A stretch of 64,000 bases of DNA, taken from positions 19,509 through 83,508 of IMG/VR virus record IMGVR_UViG_3300045988_101743; one strand, written 5' to 3'. The notes under the pieces were generated by a model. The model ran no database searches. It was not told where the DNA came from and worked only from the letters and a program-made list of their open reading frames with translations. Positions 56,788 through 64,000 of the stretch are shown here, one piece after another. The position numbers were made by a program, and so were the translations under genes. The stretch comes from a virus. How positions within the stretch are numbered: the stretch's first letter is position 1; each line of letters begins with the position of its first letter.

Positions 56788-57216
56788 ATGAACGAGACGT
56801 TAAACAAAGTAATGGCCTGTGACGACATCAATGCCATCAAGAATGTTGTCGCCATCATGGCCGAGAGCGCAGAGGAAGGCATGGACGGAAAGTCGCGCCT
56901 CTTGATGTTGAAACAGATTCAATCCGAGATTTCCGGTTGCCACTACGACGAGCCGCTTTCAGGACTTCACCTGTCCCTTATCGGAAGGATGTGCTCGAAC
57001 GATGTACCTATGCACTACTGGGTACTTAAAAAGGAGCAGGGCGTGACCGTTTACGACTGGCTTGTGCTTTGGGGAGAAATGGAACGCCGGCACGGAAAGA
57101 AGATACGCCAGTGGTTTCCCCGTATCACGGACGACGAGTATGGCGATAAGCTGTTTGACGAGTGCAAGGCTTTTCTTGAGAGCGGAGGCGATCCGTTCAG
57201 GGACTTAAACCCGTAA
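56788..57216 (+). CDS. Hypothetical protein, 142 aa.
   Basis: ORF. Confidence 0.45.
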   Translation: MNETLNKVMACDDINAIKNVVAIMAESAEEGMDGKSRLLMLKQIQSEISGCHYDEPLSGLHLSLIGRMCSNDVPMHYWVLKKEQGVTVYDWLVLWGEMERRHGKKIRQWFPRITDDEYGDKLFDECKAFLESGGDPFRDLNP

Positions 57217-57221
57217 ACGCA

Positions 57222-57258
57222 AAAGGGGTGGCCGCCTGTTACAGACAACCACCCCTTT
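57222..57258. terminator. Bidirectional terminator between convergent genes.
   Basis: Hairpin aaaggggtgg...ccacccctttg flanked by T/A runs. Confidence 0.5.
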
Positions 57259-57283
57259 GTGTGTTATTTACCAATGTTGCAAA

Positions 57284-57619
57284 CTATCTGTTATCTCCAC
57301 TACCATGTAGCTTTCCTCGCAACTGACGCGAGTGTAGCTTGTCGTAGTTCATCTTGGCGATGTCTCCGAGCTTATATCCGATGTCGTGCGAGAGGGTTGC
57401 GATATACCAAAGAACGTCGCCAACCTCCTTGGCTATCTCTTCTTTGCGCTCTTCCGTAAACACGGAGTTGTTGTCGCGAAGAACCTTCTTCACCTTGTCA
57501 GAAACTTCTCCAGCCTCACCTGTCAGGCCGAGCGTAGGATAGATGATTGGCTGAGGATAGATAGCCGTTTCCATGGCCATTTCCTGATACTCATTGAGAG
57601 TTAATTCTTTCTTTTCCAT
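57284..57619 (-). CDS. MazG-family nucleoside triphosphate pyrophosphohydrolase, 111 aa.
   Basis: LTLNEYQEMAMETAIYP...LGLTGEAGEVSDKVKK...EEIAKEVGDVLWY is the MazG/NTP-PPase EExxE/D helix pattern. Confidence 0.6.
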   Translation of the reverse strand: MEKKELTLNEYQEMAMETAIYPQPIIYPTLGLTGEAGEVSDKVKKVLRDNNSVFTEERKEEIAKEVGDVLWYIATLSHDIGYKLGDIAKMNYDKLHSRQLRGKLHGSGDNR

Positions 57620-57621
57620 TC

Positions 57622-57822
57622 TTATTCTGTTAAAAGTTTGCTTAGCTCATCAAACGTAGGGCTTCCGACGTTGAGAACGAGCCCGTAACTTAGCCTCATG
57701 GCGCTTGTGCCATCTTGCTGCTTAGCGACGCTAATAACGGAACTCGTACTCACAATGTAGTCTATATAACTGACATTCGACTTAAATTCAGGCGTTGCCT
57801 GTATCTTTATAAAGTCACTCAT
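57622..57822 (-). CDS. Hypothetical small protein, about 67 aa (start trimmed to MSDFIKIQ).
   Basis: The C-terminal part of track ORF 57622..58026 is coding-like. The N-terminal part overlaps the 260-aa gene and is rejected. Confidence 0.35.
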   Translation of the reverse strand: MSDFIKIQATPEFKSNVSYIDYIVSTSSVISVAKQQDGTSAMRLSYGLVLNVGSPTFDELSKLLTE

Positions 57823-58597
57823 TGTTCGCCTTCTTATCTTTCTGCATTGAGTGGCGTGCGCATTTGAGCCACGATTGGAGGTTAATCTTACACTCGCTCG
57901 CAAGGTTAGCCTCTCGCCATTCTGCATACTGCTCATAGGTAACTTTGTCCTGGATGATGAGCGCCATTTCCTCGGGGGTAAGAAAATCCGTATCGCCGAA
58001 GTCGCACAATCCTCTACATACGCCACCTATCCAATATGGATCTCGAGAGTCATCAAACAGTTGCTCGTTGATGACATTAGCGAGTCTTTCGCATGCGTCC
58101 CAATAATTCACCACCGCAGCGATACCATTGCCAGGACGGAACTTTTCGTCCGAGTCGTTGACTTGTTGCAAACCGATTTGCATTCCAGGATTCTCCACTT
58201 CGACCTTATACATGGCGAATGACTTAAAGCAAGGTCGGCTATAAAACATGGAGCAAAGCTCATCGAACATAGTTGTTGGGATTTGCTCTTGCGAACAATG
58301 TTCTGTTGAAATGAGCTTGTCGTACAACTCCCAGTCAATGTATTTGCCCTTGCATCGAACGAAATGCTCGTCGGGTTTCAGCACACCAACCAATAAGTAT
58401 TCCGCCGCGACGATACCTTTCAGTCTGCGCCAGTCTTTCGTTGCCTGCGCCTCGTCTCCGATTCCAAAGCAGAACCCTTGGGCGTTTGACTTGTTGCCTT
58501 TGTCCGCTTGAACATCTGCGTTGATCAAGCCTCTGTAACTAAGGAATCTCATTGCTTCTTCCTTAGACATGAAACGGTATATCTTCTTTGTTTTCAT
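57815..58597 (-). CDS. Hypothetical protein, 260 aa.
   Basis: Long coherent ORF. Confidence 0.55.
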   Translation of the reverse strand: MKTKKIYRFMSKEEAMRFLSYRGLINADVQADKGNKSNAQGFCFGIGDEAQATKDWRRLKGIVAAEYLLVGVLKPDEHFVRCKGKYIDWELYDKLISTEHCSQEQIPTTMFDELCSMFYSRPCFKSFAMYKVEVENPGMQIGLQQVNDSDEKFRPGNGIAAVVNYWDACERLANVINEQLFDDSRDPYWIGGVCRGLCDFGDTDFLTPEEMALIIQDKVTYEQYAEWREANLASECKINLQSWLKCARHSMQKDKKANNE

Positions 58598-58747
58598 ACT
58601 ATTTATATCTTTGTTCTCTCATCATGTGTCTGACAACGATGCGGAAAGCACGTAACATACGTGGATTTCCTTGTGTGAGCAATCTTGCAAAATTATCTCC
58701 ATCAGGATTGTTATAAGCATTCAAGAGCTTCTTGGCTTGTCTTAATT

Positions 58748-58945
58748 TCATTTGCGTTCCTCCTTCTCCTCGTACTCTTTCAGCCTGTTTAGCAGGCTTT
58801 TGATTATAATTTGGTCACACTCGTTGAGTCTGCACATTTTCTCGTATCTCTCAAACAAGTCTTCAAACATGCTCTGTCGGCCTAATCTATAATAAGACAC
58901 TCCGACTATAAGCACGTTAATCACAGTAAGTATAATAGCTATCAT
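58748..58945 (-). CDS. Small membrane protein, 65 aa.
   Basis: N-terminal hydrophobic helix MIAIILTVINVLIVGVSYY. Confidence 0.4.
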   Translation of the reverse strand: MIAIILTVINVLIVGVSYYRLGRQSMFEDLFERYEKMCRLNECDQIIIKSLLNRLKEYEEKEERK

Positions 58946-59619
58946 ATTTCTTCTAACGTACTCCTTTTGAAGTTAAACGCATCTACGTCGCTTGTCGAGA
59001 AACCGCACGGCTTAATCTCGGGGCAGAAACCTCGGTAGAGGCAGTTGGGGACACAAGCATTCGCAAGGAATGGTTCAATCTTTACCAACTCTCTAATTGC
59101 CTTCATCCATAGCATACGAGTAGTTCCCTCCGCTTTGCTGCACAAGCGCACACGGGAGATATTGATAATCTCCTGGGCGTTGACGAGCAAGCGCATATTC
59201 ACTGGATCACTCTTCTTCTGCTCGTCACGAGGCTTCATCTGCCCGTTGATGTCGGGACGTGAGGTTGACACGAACGGCTGGGCGTGTACGTGGCGACACA
59301 GGTGTACGCTTGCATAATATGGGATGTCGTAGAAATCGATGGTGAACTGGAGGCAGCGCAATGGTGAGTGCTCGGCCTTGATCATCTTCTGCTTGAACTC
59401 ATTGGATGGCTCATGGTCAACCTCTGGCTTGCGTTGCGTGAAGCGTGCTGCGTTGAGCACATCCTTCCATGAGGTGACACGCCTGACGACAACCCTTGGC
59501 GTTGCAGGCTGCACCTCTTTTACCTTCGACTCACCATCTTGTACGATGATGTTCTGCTGCTTGATGTTCGCTCCTGTGTTGTGGAAATCTCCACCGAAAA
59601 TATAAAATTCGTTTGACAT
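58942..59619 (-). CDS. Possible flavin-dependent thymidylate synthase (ThyX-like), 225 aa.
   Basis: EHSPLRCLQFTIDFYDIPYYASVHLCRHVHAQPFVSTSR loosely aligns with the ThyX HETPFEH...FRHR...S.R region. The RHR motif is degenerate (RHV). Confidence 0.35.
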   Translation of the reverse strand: MSNEFYIFGGDFHNTGANIKQQNIIVQDGESKVKEVQPATPRVVVRRVTSWKDVLNAARFTQRKPEVDHEPSNEFKQKMIKAEHSPLRCLQFTIDFYDIPYYASVHLCRHVHAQPFVSTSRPDINGQMKPRDEQKKSDPVNMRLLVNAQEIINISRVRLCSKAEGTTRMLWMKAIRELVKIEPFLANACVPNCLYRGFCPEIKPCGFSTSDVDAFNFKRSTLEEI

Positions 59620-59646
59620 AATTGAATGTTATGATGTTTTTTGTTG

Positions 59647-59880
59647 TTAGTCGCTGTATCTGTCTGACATGGCACGGAGCCAGCTTTCGACATTATTAAA
59701 GTCCGTCGAGCGGAAACGGAAACGCTTGCCGTGATATGATATTTCGGCCACCCATCTACGGCGTGTCTGGCTTACCCATCCCACGCCTTTCATAAGTCGG
59801 CCTTGCGTTCCACGTCCGCTCTGCACACGCCCCTTGTAGTTGCGCTGCTCCTCTTCGTATATGCACCCTTTTCTTCTCAT
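59647..59880 (-). CDS. Hypothetical small basic protein, 77 aa.
   Basis: ORF. Confidence 0.4.
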   Translation of the reverse strand: MRRKGCIYEEEQRNYKGRVQSGRGTQGRLMKGVGWVSQTRRRWVAEISYHGKRFRFRSTDFNNVESWLRAMSDRYSD

Positions 59881-60236
59881 CTTACTTCTTCGGTTATTGT
59901 TATTGCTCTTGCGAAATAGGCTTCACATTCTATACACTTGCCTCTGCGGTCGTTCTTGTGGTTGCGAAATCGGATTTCGTATTCGCCGGTAAGAAACAAA
60001 TCCATATTTCGCTTTGACGAAAGGGCAAGCTCGATGATTGCCTTGTTGTAAGGAGCGTCTTTTCCTTTTGTGATTTGCGGGAAGCACTTTACGAAAGCCT
60101 CCGTAGCCGCCCTCGCACCTTGGAGGTAAGCGGAATACTGTTGCACTCTCCGAAGGTCAATTGGTGTGTTTGAGTCAGTCGCAACTTGTCTTATGACTTC
60201 AAAATCATGCGCAGCCTTGTTGTTTTGCTTATTCAT
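59877..60236 (-). CDS. Hypothetical protein, 119 aa.
   Basis: ORF. Confidence 0.45.
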   Translation of the reverse strand: MNKQNNKAAHDFEVIRQVATDSNTPIDLRRVQQYSAYLQGARAATEAFVKCFPQITKGKDAPYNKAIIELALSSKRNMDLFLTGEYEIRFRNHKNDRRGKCIECEAYFARAITITEEVR

Positions 60237-60429
60237 GCTTCATCTTTTTTATAAGATATTTGTGTGGTTAGCCTATTCGGCCAACTGCTTGCGCACCTCC
60301 TCATAAAGGCGCTCCAACTGCCATCGGCTGAGCCACACATCGGCAGTACCGACGAACACATGATACTGGCCACCCTCGCGGATTATCCGCACGTCATTTT
60401 TCTTCTCTACCATTTTTTCTGTCTAAAAA

Positions 60430-60726
60430 TTACTTGTACTCTACGGGCTCATCGTCCCAAGTGAGGTCTCGGCCTATCAGCTTCTTGATTGTGCCTTGGG
60501 GCACTGTTATGGAGAATCCTTCACGGTCCTCTTTTGGGACCCAAAGATTGAAGAACCTTCCCCTTTTGGGCTTGCTCTGGAAGATAATCTCTGTTCCTTC
60601 ATTATCAACTGCAAGCCAAACTGTTGTCTTGGTAGTTGATTTTCTTTGGATTTTGTCCAACCATTGAATAGTCTCCATCACAGCGGAGGATGCAGTTGCA
60701 TCATCTAATGGCTTTTTATTACTCAT
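60430..60726 (-). CDS. Hypothetical protein, about 98 aa (start trimmed to MSNKKPLDD).
   Basis: ORF. The upstream part of the track ORF is replaced by a separate small gene in another frame. Confidence 0.4.
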   Translation of the reverse strand: MSNKKPLDDATASSAVMETIQWLDKIQRKSTTKTTVWLAVDNEGTEIIFQSKPKRGRFFNLWVPKEDREGFSITVPQGTIKKLIGRDLTWDDEPVEYK

Positions 60727-60877
60727 TGTCCTGTTTCTTATTAACGTTCCCAAACCGCGCCATTGCAGCCATAAGCTCTTGCGACAAGACGTTCTGTGAT
60801 TGGCCATTCTGCTTCTCTCCTTGCTGCCTTGCCGAGGCAACCTGAAGGAGTATCTGTTCTAATTGCTCTTGTGTCAT
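60719..60877 (-). CDS. Hypothetical small Q-rich protein, 52 aa (MTQEQLEQILLQVASARQQGEKQNGQSQ...).
   Basis: ATG at 60875-60877. The reading is helical and low-complexity. It is below the track cutoff. Confidence 0.3.
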   Translation of the reverse strand: MTQEQLEQILLQVASARQQGEKQNGQSQNVLSQELMAAMARFGNVNKKQDNE

Positions 60878-60881
60878 CGCT

Positions 60882-61142
60882 CTACATAATAGGTGAGGAC
60901 ATTACTTCCTCGTATGTCTTAGCAAAAATATAAGGCTTGCAAGGATAGAACTCTCCGTTTACGCCCTTGATGATGTAATCATTAAGAGAAGCATACATAT
61001 CGCCTTCAAGTGTTGGGATTATAAGAACTGATTCATGATTCTTTACTTTACCTTCAGTAAACTCATCAATTTCGAATAAGTTTCCACCATTCCACTGAAT
61101 AGCCTCAATGGTGACTGGTTTCTTTCTGTACTTCTTAATCAT
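60882..61142 (-). CDS. Hypothetical protein, 86 aa.
   Basis: ORF. Confidence 0.45.
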   Translation of the reverse strand: MIKKYRKKPVTIEAIQWNGGNLFEIDEFTEGKVKNHESVLIIPTLEGDMYASLNDYIIKGVNGEFYPCKPYIFAKTYEEVMSSPIM

Positions 61143-61193
61143 GTTACTATCTATTTATTTCCTCTCCACCTGTCACATGGAGAGAAAAGTTAA

Positions 61194-61523
61194 TCACTCA
61201 TCCGCATCATCGTGTGTTAAATCAACGATGTTAAGGTTACACGCCTCGATGATGTCCTGATATAATTCCTGTTCCTCCTCACGTGCCTTAGCCTTCATTT
61301 CGGTAGCCATAGCCTTAATGACCTTAAACTGTTCGAGTGTAAACTCATCAGCGGCAACAACTCCTTGCTTGCGAGCGATAATCTCTACCTCGTAACCGTC
61401 ATAGTAGGTTCTCTTACAAATTGCAACCGAATGGGTGTCCTTGCACATGCCAAGTACGAACTCAATCGTCTTGCAATCAGCCTCGGCCTGTGCAATTTCT
61501 TTTTTGCTTTTGTTCTGTTCCAT
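61194..61523 (-). CDS. Hypothetical protein, 109 aa.
   Basis: ORF. Confidence 0.45.
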   Translation of the reverse strand: MEQNKSKKEIAQAEADCKTIEFVLGMCKDTHSVAICKRTYYDGYEVEIIARKQGVVAADEFTLEQFKVIKAMATEMKAKAREEEQELYQDIIEACNLNIVDLTHDDADE

Positions 61524-61526
61524 AAT

Positions 61527-61886
61527 CTATATGTTCATTTCCGAATTAAGTCCTAAACCGAAGAGAAGATGCTGAAGTTGATGAACATATTTTAATTTTT
61601 TGTTCCAAAAGCCATCTAAAACAAAATAGTTCTCTACAGGAAACAAATCTAATGTTCCAAGCCTAAAGTCCTGATCATCCCATTCCCATCCATTCTTCTC
61701 TAAGATTTCAGGAGTGAGGGGTATAGGCTCTATCTCGCCAATAACAATTCTTGAAGAATTGCCATTAGGATATACAAGGGTGTACTCATACTCCTTGGTG
61801 AGCTTGTTCACAAACACCTCTTCCACTCTGCACAACTGGCCACTGGCCTTTACCCAATCACCAGGAATATATTCTAACTTATCCAT
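61527..61886 (-). CDS. Hypothetical protein, 119 aa.
   Basis: ORF. Confidence 0.45.
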   Translation of the reverse strand: MDKLEYIPGDWVKASGQLCRVEEVFVNKLTKEYEYTLVYPNGNSSRIVIGEIEPIPLTPEILEKNGWEWDDQDFRLGTLDLFPVENYFVLDGFWNKKLKYVHQLQHLLFGLGLNSEMNI

Positions 61887-62073
61887 ACGTTTTACTTAAA
61901 AAATTAAAACAAGAAGTTTTTGGGTTCACGATAATTTTTATGTTCCGCTATCAATAGAAACTGCTGTTGTAGGTTTTGCCTATTGGCTGTTAGTGGGGTC
62001 TGGTTTTTTGCCACACGTGCCAAGATATTATCTTGCTCAGCTACACCCAAACAACCTCTTGTTGTTGTTTTAT

Positions 62074-62307
62074 TTACTTTTTACGATGATTATACTTCTT
62101 TATAGCATCTTTCTTAGAAGCTGCCATAATCTTAACACCCTTGATAGTGAACTCATGCTGCACTTTTGGCTGACACTTCTGTTTATCAGAGGGGATGTTG
62201 CCTTTCGGTGTATCAAGTTTAGGACTTGGACTTTCAAAGATACTATCTTGTGCATAAGCTGCCGTAGCAGCCATTATTAATGCCATTCTCAGTAAATTAC
62301 TACTCAT
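62074..62307 (-). CDS. Small secreted protein, 77 aa.
   Basis: Signal peptide MSSNLLRMALIMAATAAYAQ. Confidence 0.4.
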   Translation of the reverse strand: MSSNLLRMALIMAATAAYAQDSIFESPSPKLDTPKGNIPSDKQKCQPKVQHEFTIKGVKIMAASKKDAIKKYNHRKK

Positions 62308-62311
62308 ATTC

Positions 62312-62509
62312 TTACTCCTTAACTTCTTGAAAGATTATACTCTTGCCATCAGAACGGTTCTCTGGTTCGCAATCAAAACCATCAGCCCAGCCATTTACAG
62401 TCGGGTTATGGCATGTTCCATCATGACCAAAGAAACAACCATCACAATTATTCTGCTCAACAATTTCAAGAGTAACAGAAAACCTTTCTCCAACTTTAAG
62501 CTCTTTCAT
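62312..62509 (-). CDS. Hypothetical small Cys-containing protein, 65 aa.
   Basis: ORF. Confidence 0.35.
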   Translation of the reverse strand: MKELKVGERFSVTLEIVEQNNCDGCFFGHDGTCHNPTVNGWADGFDCEPENRSDGKSIIFQEVKE

Positions 62510-62516
62510 ATATCAC

Positions 62517-62993
62517 TTATTTTAATTCTTTTATTGCGGTATCTAATTGCCACTGCTTAGAGATATAACGAGTACAAAAACCTTCCAATATCTTTGTGGA
62601 ATCTGTGTAGGCGAGACAATCTGAATATGCTTTACTATTTCCATTTACCATTACAATATATGGAAATCGTTTATCTGTTGTCTCACCCTTGAAGTAACCA
62701 ATTCTCCATATATGAGTAATATCAAATTCACAATTTCTGCATAAAACTTTAGCTCCTTTTACAAGATGATTGCCTAAAACATCGTTTCGATAAATCATTT
62801 TAGGCACATATTTATCTAACTCTTCGTCAAACTCATAGCAGTCTTGGCAGTAGTGTTTGTCACCTATCTCTTTCCATTTAGAATTTAACGCATAAGATAT
62901 TGCAGTACTTTTGTCTTCCCAAACGGCACCATCCTCCAAAATTCTCCCACATCTGTCACATACAACAGAGTACATTTCAATTGGCTTAATCAT
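62517..62993 (-). CDS. Zn-ribbon-containing hypothetical protein, about 158 aa (start trimmed to MIKPIEMY).
   Basis: CDRCGRILEDG...CQDCYEF and CRNCEF Cys pairs. The trimmed start gives an ATGA junction with the upstream gene. Confidence 0.4.
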   Translation of the reverse strand: MIKPIEMYSVVCDRCGRILEDGAVWEDKSTAISYALNSKWKEIGDKHYCQDCYEFDEELDKYVPKMIYRNDVLGNHLVKGAKVLCRNCEFDITHIWRIGYFKGETTDKRFPYIVMVNGNSKAYSDCLAYTDSTKILEGFCTRYISKQWQLDTAIKELK

Positions 62994-63309
62994 GATTACC
63001 TCCTTCCTTTGGCAGTAAATCATCAATATTGAGCCAACGAATAATTCTATTGTTACTCCAAACATCTTTATTTTTATCGAAATAACTTACGTAGTATTTC
63101 CCTTTTTCATATTCCGATAGAATCGGAAAGGAACCATGGGGCTTATCACTAAAAGGATGCCACAAGTCCTTCAAGAACTCGTCGATAGCCCACTTAGCAC
63201 CTTTTTCAAATCCGAACTCAACAAGGAATCCTTGTGTTACATCATCATTGAAATCTTTTCTCAATGACTTTGCAGCATCTTCTATTTTCTTATCGTCTAT
63301 CATGATCAC
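62986..63309 (-). CDS. Hypothetical protein, 107 aa.
   Basis: ORF. Confidence 0.4.
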   Translation of the reverse strand: MIMIDDKKIEDAAKSLRKDFNDDVTQGFLVEFGFEKGAKWAIDEFLKDLWHPFSDKPHGSFPILSEYEKGKYYVSYFDKNKDVWSNNRIIRWLNIDDLLPKEGGNHD

Positions 63310-63707
63310 TCCTCCTTCATGCCGAACGGTGTTCCGTCCAAAAACGTTAATACATCAAAGGCTTGCTTGTAGTCAAGAGGTTCTTCCGAGCGAGAGCCTG
63401 ACAAGAACACGTTGCACTCGTTGACCTCGGCAATTCCGACGCTCGTATTCATCGGGTTGCCCTTGATTTTAACCCATTCGAATCCATGATGCTGAACGAT
63501 CTCCCAACACTCCGCACCGTCCTTAAATGGGCGAAATGTCGGCTCGGGCTTGATGCGGTAATCCTTAGGGTGTTCGAGAAAATAATCAACCGTAATTTCG
63601 TCGATGTCCTCCCAGCATCCCTCATCAACATCTAATGTTTGGATCTGTCTACCCTCAGCAAGTGCTGTCACAAAGGGTAAAATTATTTTCGCTTCATCTC
63701 TATTCAT
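63306..63707 (-). CDS. Hypothetical protein, 133 aa.
   Basis: ORF. Confidence 0.45.
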   Translation of the reverse strand: MNRDEAKIILPFVTALAEGRQIQTLDVDEGCWEDIDEITVDYFLEHPKDYRIKPEPTFRPFKDGAECWEIVQHHGFEWVKIKGNPMNTSVGIAEVNECNVFLSGSRSEEPLDYKQAFDVLTFLDGTPFGMKEE

Positions 63708-63748
63708 AGTTGTTGTTAATAGTTAATGTTATGTCAGCAAAATTGTTG

Positions 63749-64000
63749 TTACTCAACCTCAACAGGCTTCCAGTCAACGAGACGATAAAAAGTGTTCTCC
63801 TTAATGTTTACTCCATCTACCTTAAAAGCCTTAACCTCCTTGATAGGGCAAGTTACTCCATCAAAATCACCTCTCTCAGTTAAAACGATCCAACAACCAA
63901 GCGCACCACGAGCTATGCTATCTTTTCCTGTTACGAGAGCTACACTTTCCTTTCCTTCAACGGTGGCCGCTGAACAGTCGCCTGTGTTGGTGGCCGCTGA
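63749..64000 (-). CDS. Partial CDS (5' end off-window), C-terminal about 84 aa.
   Basis: Open minus-strand frame from the window edge to the TAA at 63749-63751. Confidence 0.35.
   Translation of the reverse strand, partial: SAATNTGDCSAATVEGKESVALVTGKDSIARGALGCWIVLTERGDFDGVTCPIKEVKAFKVDGVNIKENTFYRLVDWKPVEVE

Overview
The whole 64 kb window looks like a tailed phage or prophage with no obvious host flanks. Starts mostly lack Shine-Dalgarno sequences and most genes begin ATTATG/AATTATG; this suggests, but does not prove, a Bacteroidota host. Layout: (i) 1-16000, a leftward (minus-strand) early/accessory arm. About 24 short genes include a tyrosine integrase and a reverse transcriptase (RT). At least 17 of them carry their own copy of a conserved TTATTAACCAA element 15-30 nt upstream of the start, usually preceded by a GC-rich hairpin. 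(ii) 16000-17030, an AT-rich iteron-like region preceded by a run of G6 tracts and a 24-bp palindrome, a likely origin/regulatory hub. (iii) 17024-19700, a rightward primase-helicase module. (iv) 19748-24476, leftward terminase large subunit, portal and minor head genes. (v) 24544-52311, tRNA-Met-like gene, then a rightward morphogenesis block: scaffold, capsid, tail, a 2404-aa tape measure, a 2521-aa collagen-repeat tail fibre with a sharp GC shift, further fibres, and a lysis cassette with a GH24 lysozyme and a u-spanin-like lipoprotein. (vi) 52511-53536, an isolated leftward RelA/SpoT (toxSAS/CapRel-like) gene between convergent terminators. (vii) 53700-64000, mixed accessory genes (HTH/Xis-like, MazG, ThyX-like, many small ORFs). 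Best candidate for an undescribed system: the early-promoter-driven RT (6140-7405) with a 1.44 kb ORF-free, hairpin-rich, repeat-bearing region directly 3' of it (4700-6139). This is an RT plus large ncRNA arrangement that fits no canonical group II intron, retron or DGR layout. Product calls rest on motif recognition by eye; no database searches were possible.
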